Assembly: GCA_041640035.1 (NCBI GenBank)
Contig: JBEQBC010000001.1
Span: forward strand, 192,001 to 256,000
Length of the DNA stretch: 64,000 nucleotides
DNA from: Candidatus Nanohaloarchaea archaeon
Lineage (GTDB): Archaea; Nanohalarchaeota; Nanosalinia; Nanosalinales; Nanosalinaceae
Direction of reading: 5' to 3'
Below, in pieces: positions 9,644 to 20,001 of this stretch (its first letter is position 1; each line of letters opens with the position of its first letter). The notes under the pieces are model-generated. The model searched no databases and was not told where the DNA came from. It saw only the letters and a program-made list of their open reading frames with translations. The translations under genes and the position numbers were made by a program.

Positions 9644-10849
9644 GTGAAACGAAGCCAGCTGTTCGCAACAATATCCAAGGAGGAGCAGTCAGGTCTAGAC
9701 TGTCGCAGCGCCGAACTGATGGTGAAAGCCGGACTGGTGAAAAACTTCGGCACCGGCACATGGAGCTACACACATCTAGGTGAAAAAGTACTCGAAAACC
9801 TGGAATCGATCATCAGGGAACAGATGGATGACATCGGTCAGGAGGTCCGGATGAACCAGTTACAGACCTCAGAGATCTGGAAGGAAAGCGGCAGATGGCA
9901 GAACTTCGAGGGAGAAGAGTTCTTCAACTTCAAGAACCGTGACGACAAGGACTTCACCATCTCCGCAACCCATGAAGAAGCAGCAACAGAACTCGCCAAG
10001 GACTACATCCGTAGTTACAGAGACCTTGACCTCACGATCTATCAGATAGGCAGGAAGTACAGGGACGACCATGCAAGAAAGGGCTTACTGAGAGCGAAAG
10101 AGTTCATTATGAAAGATGCCTACAGCTTCCACAGAGATCAGGAATCACTTGACCAGAAATACAACAAGTTCATCGAATCCTACACACGGATCTTCGAAAA
10201 GATGGGATTAGAATTCTCCAGGGTAGAAGCTGATAACGGATCGATGGGAGGCAACCGTTCCCATGAATTCATGGCAGAGTCTGAGGTCGGAAGCGACACC
10301 TACCTCAAATGCACGAACCAGGAATGCCGATACGCCTCCAAAGACATGGAAGTAGACAAATGTGAAGAATGTGGATCAGATCTCAGAAAGGTTAACGGTA
10401 TCGAGATAGGTCACTGCTTCCAGTTACAGCACCGGTACAGTGAAGCCATGGATCTAACATTCACAGATCAGAATGGAGAGGAACAAAATGTACTCATGGC
10501 ATCATACGGTATCGGTGTATCCCGCCTGATCTCAGCTATCATCGAACAAAACAACGATGAAAGCGGTATCACCTGGAATCGAAAAGTCTCAGCCTTCACT
10601 ACAGCCGTGATTGTAGCAGGTGAGGAAAAAGAACTGGTGGAAAAAGCTGATGAAGTTCAGGAAGCATTGGATGAAGAAGCTCTAATCTTTGATGGTGATA
10701 GATCTGTTGGAGAGAAGTTTGCTGAAGCCGACCTGATAGGTGTGAACAGGAAAGTTATCCTAGGTAACAACTACCTCGAAACAGGCAAGATCGAGGTAGA
10801 GACTAGGTCTGGAGAAACCACGGAGGTGGAGAAAGCCACGGATCTATAA
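9644..10849 (+). CDS. proS: Prolyl-tRNA synthetase, bacterial-type, short form without full editing insertion
   Basis: ESGRW, THEE, YQIGRKYRD, GLLRAKEFIMKDAYSF, GIEIGHCFQL, MASYGIGVSR, ADLIG; GTG start with SD GGCGGTGA. Confidence 0.9.
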   Translation: MKRSQLFATISKEEQSGLDCRSAELMVKAGLVKNFGTGTWSYTHLGEKVLENLESIIREQMDDIGQEVRMNQLQTSEIWKESGRWQNFEGEEFFNFKNRDDKDFTISATHEEAATELAKDYIRSYRDLDLTIYQIGRKYRDDHARKGLLRAKEFIMKDAYSFHRDQESLDQKYNKFIESYTRIFEKMGLEFSRVEADNGSMGGNRSHEFMAESEVGSDTYLKCTNQECRYASKDMEVDKCEECGSDLRKVNGIEIGHCFQLQHRYSEAMDLTFTDQNGEEQNVLMASYGIGVSRLISAIIEQNNDESGITWNRKVSAFTTAVIVAGEEKELVEKADEVQEALDEEALIFDGDRSVGEKFAEADLIGVNRKVILGNNYLETGKIEVETRSGETTEVEKATDL

Positions 10850-10912
10850 CCTCAATTTCTTACATTTCTTCTTCCGTTTAGTTTAAAGTATTTCTTCAGT
10901 ACATCTACAGAT

Positions 10913-11686
10913 ATGGCGATGAAGTCCGCTAAAACTATACTTGAAGATATGATTGAAAAGGGAAGTCATGAGATCGATAGAGATGCAGACGGACTTTTCC
11001 TATCCAGCCTCTCGGCAGGCCTGGATATCGGATTCGGACCACTTCTTATGGGAGTAATACTAACTCTGGCAACAACAGGATACGGAAACCTGGGTACAGA
11101 ACTGCTACTGGCTTCCGCCTATTCAGTAGGATTCATATTCGTTATATTAGGCCGTTCAGAACTTTTCACCGAACATACCACTTTAGCGGTGATGCCGGTG
11201 ATAGACGGCAAATCATCACTGAAACAACTGGCAAGACTTTGGGGAATAGTTTACGCAGGGAATATAATCGGCGGTATAATCTTCACAGGTCTTGCAGTAC
11301 TGTTGATGCCGGGACTGGGAGTTATCGAGCAGGCAGCTTTCGGAACAATCGCGGACAAGCTGATCAGTCACCCTGTTCACTGGCTTCTGATAGCAGGGAT
11401 CTTCGCAGGCTGGCTGATGGGGCTCCTAGCATGGCTTGTAACCTCAGCAGAAAACACGATAGGCAGAGTATTCTTCATCTGGATGGTTACAGCAACTATC
11501 GGAATGCTTCACCTACCTCACAGCATTGCAGGAAATGTAGAAGTCCTCCTAGGATTATTCACCTCCTCGGTAACCGTCATGGAGTACATTACATTCCTAT
11601 CGGTATCAACAGTAGGTAATGCAATCGGAGGAGCATTCTTCGTAGCCTTGATGAAGTACGGACATGTAACAAGAGGCGGAAAATAA
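10913..11686 (+). CDS. Formate/nitrite transporter family protein
   Basis: SELFTE, GNIIGG, HSIA, GNAIGG motifs; multiple TM helices. Confidence 0.85.
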   Translation: MAMKSAKTILEDMIEKGSHEIDRDADGLFLSSLSAGLDIGFGPLLMGVILTLATTGYGNLGTELLLASAYSVGFIFVILGRSELFTEHTTLAVMPVIDGKSSLKQLARLWGIVYAGNIIGGIIFTGLAVLLMPGLGVIEQAAFGTIADKLISHPVHWLLIAGIFAGWLMGLLAWLVTSAENTIGRVFFIWMVTATIGMLHLPHSIAGNVEVLLGLFTSSVTVMEYITFLSVSTVGNAIGGAFFVALMKYGHVTRGGK

Positions 11687-11715
11687 AAAACAGAGACTAG
11701 GTAAAATTTCCTTAT

Positions 11716-12324
11716 ATGGACTTCAGGGAACTGGCTTCGTGGCTTGAAGAACTGGATAGTTCTGTTGATCTTGAGGAGAAGTTAGCTCTTGTTTTCCTGC
11801 TTACTGATGTCAAGCCCGGTGTGGTTCTGATGGGTGTCAGCAAAGGTTCGAATATCTACGATTTTGCTGAAGAGTTTGATCTCAAAGTCCTGCATGTTGA
11901 TGGGGAGGACCGCTCACTTCTGAACCGTTTACTCGGCAGAGACAACCGTTTCCAGAAAGACACGGTATTTCTTGCGGAAGACGGACAGAGATTCGAAGTA
12001 CTTGAAGACGAAGAACCAGGTTTCGCCGGCTTCACAGATGAATCCGTAGGAGAGTTTCTGGGCTATCCTGAAAGCTCGCTGGAGTACTATGGCTCTGTAG
12101 AGGCACCGGGACATGATTTCCGTGAAAAGATAGAAGATCTGGATTTCAGTGAAGAGCAGCTGAAGTACCTGAACCTTGTCTTCTATGTACCGGCTCCAGA
12201 GGAGGAGCAAGTTGAGGAAGCAATCCAGGAAGGAAAGAGAAGAGCTGAAAAACTAGAGGATTTATCTGATGAGACCAATGTGGATCTGTTTGATGAGTAC
12301 AGGGAGAGAGTTTTGAGTGACTGA
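11716..12324 (+). CDS. Hypothetical protein, paralog of 48739..49353
   Basis: Shared VGxFLG(Y/F)PE and YVPxPEE motifs. Confidence 0.7.
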   Translation: MDFRELASWLEELDSSVDLEEKLALVFLLTDVKPGVVLMGVSKGSNIYDFAEEFDLKVLHVDGEDRSLLNRLLGRDNRFQKDTVFLAEDGQRFEVLEDEEPGFAGFTDESVGEFLGYPESSLEYYGSVEAPGHDFREKIEDLDFSEEQLKYLNLVFYVPAPEEEQVEEAIQEGKRRAEKLEDLSDETNVDLFDEYRERVLSD

Positions 12325-12381
12325 AGTTACTTTCAAAACAGTTCACGGGGAAAACGGTTACAGAGGTATTCAAAAAATACT

Positions 12382-13860
12382 ATGTCACAGGAACTCGGAA
12401 TAACGGTCAAGAAAGACCAGGACCCTTCTGAATGGTACACACAGGTAGTCAAAAAAGCAGATCTAGCGGATTATGCACCGGTCAAAGGATGCATGGTCAT
12501 CAAACCGTACGGAATGAAACTATGGGAATCAATTAAAGAGGACTTCGACTCCAAGATACAGGACACAGGAGTTGACAACGCATACTTCCCATTATTCATA
12601 CCGGAAAGCTACCTTGAGAAAGAAAGCGATATTGTAGAAGGATTTGATCCCGAAGTTGCCTGGGTAACTCACGGCGGTAACAAAGAATTGGAAGAACGCC
12701 TGGCTGTACGCCCAACAAGCGAGTCAATCATCGCACCTTTCATGAGCGACTGGATCCGCAGCCATCGAGACCTTCCCATGAGGCTTAATCAATGGGCGAA
12801 TGTGGTTCGATGGGAGGCAACCGACACAAGGCCGTTCCTCCGTACCAGAGAATTCCTCTGGCAGGAAGGGCATACTGCTCACGCGTCCGAGGAAGGTGCT
12901 GACGAGGAGACAATGCTACGGCTTGAACAGTACCGAGAAGTAATCGAAGACCACCTCGCAATCCCATCAATTCTAGGATACAAGCCAGAGCACGACAAGT
13001 TCCCTGGAGCAAAATATACTACAACTATCGAAACCCTGATGCCGGACGGAAAAAGCATCCAGTCAGGAACAAGTCATCAATTAGGTCAGCACTTTGCAGA
13101 AGCCTTCGATATAACATACGAGGGAAGAGATAGCAACGAGAACACTGCATGGACCACAAGCTGGGGACTATCCACCCGTACAATCGGAGCACTCATCATG
13201 GCGCATGGAGACGATGACGGTCTTCGACTCCCTCCAAGCATCGCACCAAAACAGGTCGTAGTAGTACCTATCTTCCAGGAGGACAACAAGGAGGAAGTAA
13301 TGGATTATGCGGAAGAAGTCTCAGATAGTCTTGAAGAACAGGGTGTTCGTGTGGAGTTTGATTACAGAGAGCATCGTACCCCTGGCTACAAGTTCAATGA
13401 GTGGGAGCTGAAGGGAGTGCCTCTCAGGGTAGAGGTCGGACCGAACGAGATGGAAGATGAAGCAGTTACAACTGTGAGACGAGACACCGGAGACAAGGAG
13501 ATGGGTCTCGATCGTGAAGAGTTCATAGAAACTGCAGAAGAAACTCTCGACGACATCCAGGAGTCAATGTACAACGAACTGGAAGAATACCTTGAAGAAA
13601 ACATTCGAGAAGCAGAATCTAAAAACGAGATCCTTGCCACCATCGGCAAGAACCGGGGATATGTCAAAACCCGATGGTGCGGAGACGAAGAATGCGAAGA
13701 AGAAATCAAAGACGAAGTCAGTGCGGAGATCGTCGTACTACCATTCCAGGAAGACTCCAAACCAGCCACCATCCAGGATGAGGATGAAGAGATCGACGGC
13801 GAATGTAGCATCTGCGGAGAAGAAGCAGAACGCTGGGCATACTTCGCAAAGAACTACTGA
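12382..13860 (+). CDS. proS: Prolyl-tRNA synthetase, archaeal/eukaryotic type
   Basis: RPTSES, NQWANVVRWE, PFLRTREFLWQEGHT, SWGLSTR, WELKGVPLR, C-terminal FAKNY. Confidence 0.95.
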   Translation: MSQELGITVKKDQDPSEWYTQVVKKADLADYAPVKGCMVIKPYGMKLWESIKEDFDSKIQDTGVDNAYFPLFIPESYLEKESDIVEGFDPEVAWVTHGGNKELEERLAVRPTSESIIAPFMSDWIRSHRDLPMRLNQWANVVRWEATDTRPFLRTREFLWQEGHTAHASEEGADEETMLRLEQYREVIEDHLAIPSILGYKPEHDKFPGAKYTTTIETLMPDGKSIQSGTSHQLGQHFAEAFDITYEGRDSNENTAWTTSWGLSTRTIGALIMAHGDDDGLRLPPSIAPKQVVVVPIFQEDNKEEVMDYAEEVSDSLEEQGVRVEFDYREHRTPGYKFNEWELKGVPLRVEVGPNEMEDEAVTTVRRDTGDKEMGLDREEFIETAEETLDDIQESMYNELEEYLEENIREAESKNEILATIGKNRGYVKTRWCGDEECEEEIKDEVSAEIVVLPFQEDSKPATIQDEDEEIDGECSICGEEAERWAYFAKNY

Positions 13861-13902
13861 ATTTCGATATATTTTTTATTCTTTTCTTCTATCAATAGCC
13901 TA

Positions 13903-15474
13903 ATGGAGCTAGGAGAGAAATTGGATGTGCGTTTGGCTTGGAATAAGACCAAATTTGCTTATGGAGATCGTTCATTTGTTGATAGCCCTTATTTTGTAGA
14001 TTTGTTGAACGAAAATCGAGGTGAGTGGTTATCTCGCGTAGAAGAAGACTTAAATCAAGGTTATAATACGAACAATTCTAGAATTGCTGATATGCCTAAA
14101 GGAAATTTCCATGTGCGTCCTGTCTCTATATTAAAAATTTCTGACTCTTTAATTTACTCTGCTCTTTTAGTTGAGTTACATGAGGATATTGCTGAAACAA
14201 TTAGTTGGTCGGAGGGAATCTATAGATATTCGCATATATTAAAACAAGATATAGAGGACAAGAAATGGCTTGAATACTATTATGATTATTGGCAAAGTTG
14301 GAATGATAAATCTCGCCGATTGATATCTGAGGATTATAACTATGTGGTTTTCAGTGATGTAGCTGGTTTTTATGAGAATATTTCAATTAAACGGTTAATT
14401 TCAGATCTTAGGCAAATATCAGATAAGGATGAGGTTATTAACCAGCTGAGAGATTGTCTCCAAACTTGGGCAGAGCCTAGAAACTCTGGAATTCCGCAAG
14501 GTTATTATCCTTCGGATATACTCGCCGAAGTATATCATAACTCTATAGATAAACGGCTTAGTAATAATGGATATAAGTTCCTGAGATACAATGATGATTT
14601 GAGAATATTTACGGAGACCAAAGAGGAGGCAAAATTAGCTCTCAAATATTTATCTAACTTATATAGGGAGAAAGGCCTTAATTTGCATTCTGCGAAGACT
14701 TCTATTCTGGCAAAAAATAAAGCTGAGAAAAGAATAGATGAAGTGGATGACAATATTAAGAAAATCCAGGAAGCTCAGGAAGCGACAGAAATTGACTGGG
14801 ATGCTGAATGGGAAGAAGTCATTAGTTATGGGGATGAATCTAAGGAGAATGAAGAACGAAAAGAGGATAAGAGACCTAGCCAAGATTTGGTTGAAGATGC
14901 CTTCAAAAAGTTCTATATTGATGACGAAGAGGAGGGCAATAAGCATTTATTCCGGTTCTTGGTTAGCAATCTAGGTTATCACAAGAGCCAAACTGGAGTG
15001 GAATATTGTATAAACCATATTAAGGAGGGGAGGAGAGATATATCAAAAATATTAGAGGGTTATTTTTCTGAGTTAGATAATAAAAAAGATATTGGAGATA
15101 TGCTTGCGGAAATGCTGGCTAATGATGAGCTAATTTACTCTTATCAGACTTATTATATTGTAAGATGGTTATTTGAAGAAGAAATTAGATCTGAAAAAAT
15201 ACTTACTGCTATAAGATCGTGCTTAGATAAAGCTAAGATGCAGGAAACTCGGAATTATTGTATCGCGTATCTTGGTGAGTTTGGAGATAATTCAGATCTT
15301 GATAAAATTCAAAAGGAATATCACGAGGAAATAAGCCCAGTTACTAAATCCATTATTGTTATCGCTCTATATAGAATGGAGAAGTCTCGCAGAAATGCAT
15401 TTTATGGGAGAATAGAAGATGATCATGAATTTGTCCGGTATGCTATCGAAAAAGCTAAAAATAAAAGTCACTAA
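13903..15474 (+). CDS. Reverse transcriptase with C-terminal alpha-helical/HEAT-like repeats (Abi/UG/DRT-like)
   Basis: PK...RP, DVAGFYENI, GIPQG, RYNDD, GLNLHSAKT motifs; AT-rich relative to flanks. Confidence 0.88.
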   Translation: MELGEKLDVRLAWNKTKFAYGDRSFVDSPYFVDLLNENRGEWLSRVEEDLNQGYNTNNSRIADMPKGNFHVRPVSILKISDSLIYSALLVELHEDIAETISWSEGIYRYSHILKQDIEDKKWLEYYYDYWQSWNDKSRRLISEDYNYVVFSDVAGFYENISIKRLISDLRQISDKDEVINQLRDCLQTWAEPRNSGIPQGYYPSDILAEVYHNSIDKRLSNNGYKFLRYNDDLRIFTETKEEAKLALKYLSNLYREKGLNLHSAKTSILAKNKAEKRIDEVDDNIKKIQEAQEATEIDWDAEWEEVISYGDESKENEERKEDKRPSQDLVEDAFKKFYIDDEEEGNKHLFRFLVSNLGYHKSQTGVEYCINHIKEGRRDISKILEGYFSELDNKKDIGDMLAEMLANDELIYSYQTYYIVRWLFEEEIRSEKILTAIRSCLDKAKMQETRNYCIAYLGEFGDNSDLDKIQKEYHEEISPVTKSIIVIALYRMEKSRRNAFYGRIEDDHEFVRYAIEKAKNKSH

Positions 15475-15534
15475 TTTTACCGCTTAACTCTAATTGCTTT
15501 TGATTCTTAAATCTCAGGTCTCATTTACGACTTT

Positions 15535-16803
15535 GTGATACTCAAAAACATCCGATACCTGGTTACTCAGAACCGTGAAAGGGAGATTTTGGAGAATGTT
15601 GACATCTTGATTAGTGGTTCTGAGATTGCTGCGATCGGAAGAGATATTCCGGAAGGCAATCACGAAGTCCTTGACTGCAGTGATAAGGTTGTTATGCCGG
15701 GTTTGATTAATGCTCATACTCATGCTTCTATGACTCTTTTGCGTGGTATCTCCGACAATAAGGAACTGCAGGAGTGGCTTGAACAGGATATCTTTCCTGC
15801 GGAAGAGAAACTGGATGAGACTGATGCGTATGTAGGTTCTCTCTTGGCTTCGATAGAGATGCTTGAAACCGGTACCACTACTTTCAACGATATGTATGAT
15901 AATATGGATCAGGTAGCTGAAGCAGTGGATCAGACCGGTATCCGTGCGGTTCTTGGAAGAGGACTGATGGATATGGATGGAGAAATCGAGGAAAGAATGG
16001 AGGAAGCAGTTGACCTGGTGGAGAACTACAGTAGTCATGAGCGGATCACTGCCTGTTTCGCACCTCACGCCGTATACACTGCTTCAGAACAGCTTTTACT
16101 GGAGGCCAAGGACTGTGCAGAAATATTCAACACGCCGTATCACATACATGTATCTGAGACAGAGCAGGAGAAGCTTGATGCTATGGAGGAACAGGGAGAA
16201 ACACCTCTCGAATACTTGGACCAGCTCGGACTCGTAAATGATGATTTAGTAGCTGCTCACGGTGTCTGGCTCACTGAAACAGAGAAAGAATTACTTGAGA
16301 ACCAGGGCGGAAATGTGGTACACAATCCTGCAGCTAATCTCAAACTGGGAAGCGGTATCGCAGATGTACCCGATCTACTCAACCGAGGGATAAATGTAGC
16401 TCTGGGAACAGATGGAGTAGCATCCAACAACAACCTGAACCTTTTCGAGGAAGCCAAGCTAACATCTATCCTTCATAAGAGAGGTTCTCCTGAGGATATC
16501 GATGAGCAGCAAGTCCTTGATATGGCGACGATCAACGGAGCGAAAGCATTAGGAATCAATGATCAAGTAGGTTCTATCGAACTAGGTAAACAAGCTGATC
16601 TGATAACGATAAGTCTTGATAAGCCGTCGATGAATCCGGTTCACGGGGAAAGAGGATTGATATCCAACCTTGTGTACTCCTTCAGCGGCGATGTAGATGA
16701 AGTGATTGTGAACGGTGATCTTAAAGTGAAGAACGGAGAAGTTCAAACTGTTAAGAAAGATAGGATAGTTGAAGAGGCTTCCTCCCGTTCCAGCAAGTTC
16801 TAG
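15535..16803 (+). CDS. Amidohydrolase, MTA/SAH-deaminase-like
   Basis: PGLINAHTH, APHAVYT, HIHVSET, LGTDG motifs. Confidence 0.88.
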   Translation: MILKNIRYLVTQNREREILENVDILISGSEIAAIGRDIPEGNHEVLDCSDKVVMPGLINAHTHASMTLLRGISDNKELQEWLEQDIFPAEEKLDETDAYVGSLLASIEMLETGTTTFNDMYDNMDQVAEAVDQTGIRAVLGRGLMDMDGEIEERMEEAVDLVENYSSHERITACFAPHAVYTASEQLLLEAKDCAEIFNTPYHIHVSETEQEKLDAMEEQGETPLEYLDQLGLVNDDLVAAHGVWLTETEKELLENQGGNVVHNPAANLKLGSGIADVPDLLNRGINVALGTDGVASNNNLNLFEEAKLTSILHKRGSPEDIDEQQVLDMATINGAKALGINDQVGSIELGKQADLITISLDKPSMNPVHGERGLISNLVYSFSGDVDEVIVNGDLKVKNGEVQTVKKDRIVEEASSRSSKF

Positions 16804-17858
16804 TAATTTCTGAGGAACTCCTTGATAATTCTCTCAAACTTTTGCATACTCTGCTTTAAAATGTACTCTTCGTCGCCATGAATTCCACCACCTTTTGGAC
16901 CCATTACAACGCTGGGTACATCTTGTTCCGAGAAATGCCGCATATCACTCGCTGCAGTCTTCCTCTCCAAGACAGCTTCACTCCTTTCTGAAGCGATATC
17001 CAAGAGTTTCTGAACATTCTGATCTTCTCTATCAGTTTTCAGCTTCGGATCAACATGAGTCATATCCCATTCAAGCCCCTCTATTTCACTCAAGTCCTCT
17101 CTGATCTCTTCAGGACTATACTCCTCAGTATATCTGATATCCAGCCCTGCTTCAGCCTCATCCGGGACCACATTCATCGCACCCGGCGATTCAAAGTATC
17201 CAAGGTTGACAGTTGTCGTCCATTCTCCTTCCTCGTTCCTGAAGTTCTCTCTGAACTCGGAGTATTTGCTCCACAGCTTTTCAGCAGCGTTTTCACCATT
17301 CCAAGGCTGCGATCCGTGCGCATTATCCCCCTTGGCTTTTAGTTTCAGCCGGATTACTCCTTTCTGATCTGTGACTATCTGCATCTCGTTTTCGCTGGAG
17401 TTAGGTTCAGCGCTTAACGCAAATTCAGGGCTGTATTCCTTTGCGAGTGGTTGCGCGCCGTCGAAACCACCGATTTCCTCATCTGAAACAATCATCAGAC
17501 CTACTGATCCAAGTTGATTCTCTTCTGATAGTTCTTTGACTGCTTTCATGAGGCATGCAAGCCCTGATTTCATGTCTGCTGCGCCTCTGCCGTAGATTTT
17601 TTCCTCGTCCTCTGAAGGTTCGAACATTTCCTCATTGGCATCTACCACATCTAGATGGCCGTGAAGCAAGACATCTGGGTCTTCCTCCGTGGATATGACC
17701 ATAGTTGTGTGTCCATTTATCTCATGGCGGCGTATATCCAAATCTGTGTTGCTGAAGTAGTTCTCTATGTATTGGAATCCTCTTTCGAACTCTTCTGTGT
17801 TTTCTTTGACTGTTCTGAATTTGACAAGGCTTTTCGTGATCTGTTCCAAGCTTTCCAT
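16800..17858 (-). CDS. M20 family metallopeptidase/deacylase
   Basis: GHLDVV, GRGAADMK, DEEIGG, C-terminal H. Confidence 0.9.
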   Translation of the reverse strand: MESLEQITKSLVKFRTVKENTEEFERGFQYIENYFSNTDLDIRRHEINGHTTMVISTEEDPDVLLHGHLDVVDANEEMFEPSEDEEKIYGRGAADMKSGLACLMKAVKELSEENQLGSVGLMIVSDEEIGGFDGAQPLAKEYSPEFALSAEPNSSENEMQIVTDQKGVIRLKLKAKGDNAHGSQPWNGENAAEKLWSKYSEFRENFRNEEGEWTTTVNLGYFESPGAMNVVPDEAEAGLDIRYTEEYSPEEIREDLSEIEGLEWDMTHVDPKLKTDREDQNVQKLLDIASERSEAVLERKTAASDMRHFSEQDVPSVVMGPKGGGIHGDEEYILKQSMQKFERIIKEFLRNY

Positions 17859-17862
17859 AATT

Positions 17863-19041
17863 TTACACCTCTAATGCCTGTGAAGTACCGTAATCTGTAT
17901 CTTCCTCTGCATCGCTGTACGGTATGCCGGCTTCATCCATGAATTCGGCAGCTTCGTTTACAAACTGTTTGACATATGTCTCATCGGATGGACGGTACTG
18001 AAGTTCTAAGGCGTCACGGTTTTCATCTCCTGACTCCAGTTTTCCAGGGTTGAATCCTGCGTACTCGAACCCGAGATCATGTAGTTGCTGGGCTGCATCC
18101 ATACCTGCTGGACTGTTCGCATCAAGCGATATTCCTACCCAGAAGTCGTCGCCTTCGGAGATATCTCTCTGGGCATCGACTATTTCACCGAGCACATCGT
18201 CCCAGGTGTAGTCACCGTCTTCATCCGCTACAACTGATACCTCAGCGAAGTTCATAGGATCATCTTCTGGTTTATCGACTGCCTTGGACTCAACACTGTA
18301 CCTCTGATCTTCCCTACTTTCTGATTCGTTGAGAACATCTCTGGTGATATCTTCCAGGCTCTCATCTCTTTTATCTTCAATATTATCCAGTGCTGAGTTA
18401 ACCAGGCTTTCGGCTTCTTCCGGCGTGTAGACCTCTTCCTGGTCGTTCTCTATACGGCTGTCGGCCCAGAGCATATCCACGACTGTTACTCGGCCTTTTC
18501 CTTCGTAGGCAATCGGGAACTTCTTGTCGTAGACACCTGTTACAGCGAAGTCGTGTTTATCGGCTGTATGTTGTGTGGCTGCGGATTTATCCGCCAGCAA
18601 CTGTGTATTAACTAGGTCTACAGCACCTTGATCCTTTAGCTGAGCGGCTGCATCAAGTCTTTCCTCGAAAAGCCTGTCGTATACGCCCTGTCCTTCAGGT
18701 GTACTGCTTTCCCGGTACTCAGGTACTATTATAGTTGAACCTAGTTCCGCAAGGTTTTCATGGAACTTGATGGCTCCGGCTCCGACAAAATCACGGTTAT
18801 CTTCGTTTTCAACCGCCCATAGCATTTCTTCAGGCGGATCTTCAGGATCTACCTGTTCTGGCATCTCTTCAGTGAACTCTTCGAGTGCTTCTGTGTCTAC
18901 ATATTTTCCGTAGTATTTGACATATTCGTCGTTGAATGCTTCTACTATTTTTTCTGCGTGCTGTGTTTCAGCTGTCTGTATATCCGGTTCTACGGAATCG
19001 TGTTGCGTGGCGTCGTTCTGTGCGTTGTTCTGTATTGACAT
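17863..19041 (-). CDS. Divergent tandem GNAT-fold acyltransferase
   Basis: AELGSTIIVPEYR...GQGVY motif A; second-domain LGFEYAGFNP. Confidence 0.6.
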   Translation of the reverse strand: MSIQNNAQNDATQHDSVEPDIQTAETQHAEKIVEAFNDEYVKYYGKYVDTEALEEFTEEMPEQVDPEDPPEEMLWAVENEDNRDFVGAGAIKFHENLAELGSTIIVPEYRESSTPEGQGVYDRLFEERLDAAAQLKDQGAVDLVNTQLLADKSAATQHTADKHDFAVTGVYDKKFPIAYEGKGRVTVVDMLWADSRIENDQEEVYTPEEAESLVNSALDNIEDKRDESLEDITRDVLNESESREDQRYSVESKAVDKPEDDPMNFAEVSVVADEDGDYTWDDVLGEIVDAQRDISEGDDFWVGISLDANSPAGMDAAQQLHDLGFEYAGFNPGKLESGDENRDALELQYRPSDETYVKQFVNEAAEFMDEAGIPYSDAEEDTDYGTSQALEV

Positions 19042-19110
19042 TATTTTGTCTTAATCACCTGTTGAGAAAGCGGTTCACCCATTTTGGAAATTATAGTTGG
19101 GAAAACCGAT

Positions 19111-19179
19111 TCAGAAGCTATAGAAGTAGAAATAGCTGGAGCTACTCATCAAAGATGCAGATAGAGTGTTTCCAGCCAT
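19111..19179 (-). CDS. Putative leader/precursor peptide MAGNTLSASLMSSSSYFYFYSF
   Basis: ATG downstream of a TATA-like TTTAAT; 9-bp hairpin over the start; Tyr/Phe codon run; hairpin after the stop. Confidence 0.55.
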   Translation of the reverse strand: MAGNTLSASLMSSSSYFYFYSF

Positions 19180-19245
19180 ACCCAAGATGTTACCCGGTGA
19201 TAATTAAATACCTTTTGACTAAGGGAAAGAAGAAAAGGAAGGATA

Positions 19246-20001
19246 TCATCCCTGTTTTCTGGCTTTGAAACCTACCATATCATCATATCCTGTCGTTGAC
19301 ATCAACACAGGGTAGAAATCTTCATCTGCCTTCAGCTTGTCTCCTGGTTTCTCGGCGTATGTTTCTCCTTTCTGTACTTTCTGGAAGTTCTCCTTCATGA
19401 ACTGATATCCGCTGCCCTGAACAGTCTCGTATATCCGGTACTTCTCAGGGTTCCTCTGTTTGACTTCTCCAGGAAGAACATCATTCGCCATCAGGAAGTT
19501 CTTCAGCACCGAGTAAGCGTTCCTGATCGTCTTTTCCGAACGCACATATCCACATTCAACAGCAATCCTATCACATCCGGGTATCTGATGACTGTAAGCT
19601 TCCTCGATGCTCACCGCTTTATCCACGCCAAGGTTCCTCAACTGTTTACTGGAGAAGTCCGAGCCTTCAGTCTCCAGTCCGAACGCCTCCGGATGTGAGA
19701 AAGAGGAGTGTATGTCCAAAACTTTCTTTCCTCTGATCTCTTCTTCGATTTTCCTGGCCAGTTCCTTTTCATGAGTGTCCTCTGAGTCTGTGCTCCAGAC
19801 ACGGTTGAGGTCGTCTTCCAGCTGGCTTCTACCCTTGCTGTATGCTTTCTCGTTCGCGAATACGAACTTGACAGGTTTCTGAACTTCAATGTCTCGATGC
19901 ATCAGTCTTTCTACTGCCAGTTTGCCGCATGGTTCGTTTCCGTGTACGCAGTACATGACCGCGTGTTCAGGTTCGCCTTCTCCCAGTTTCTTTACCTTCA
20001 T
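19246..20001 (-). CDS. Succinylglutamate desuccinylase/aspartoacylase (AstE/AspA) family
   Basis: HGNE, DLNR, LDIHS, VECG motifs. Confidence 0.88.
   Translation of the reverse strand: MKVKKLGEGEPEHAVMYCVHGNEPCGKLAVERLMHRDIEVQKPVKFVFANEKAYSKGRSQLEDDLNRVWSTDSEDTHEKELARKIEEEIRGKKVLDIHSSFSHPEAFGLETEGSDFSSKQLRNLGVDKAVSIEEAYSHQIPGCDRIAVECGYVRSEKTIRNAYSVLKNFLMANDVLPGEVKQRNPEKYRIYETVQGSGYQFMKENFQKVQKGETYAEKPGDKLKADEDFYPVLMSTTGYDDMVGFKARKQG

Noticed and set aside
13861-13902. Retron msr-msd, group II intron or DGR template next to the RT
   Set aside because: Intergenic space is only 42 nt upstream and 60 nt downstream, with no inverted repeats and no VR/TR-like duplication seen.
19042-19110. Simple read-through fusion of in-frame uORFs to their downstream genes
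   Set aside because: Each in-frame spacer (GNAT, proS, GATase, ligase, lysS) contains at least one further stop codon.
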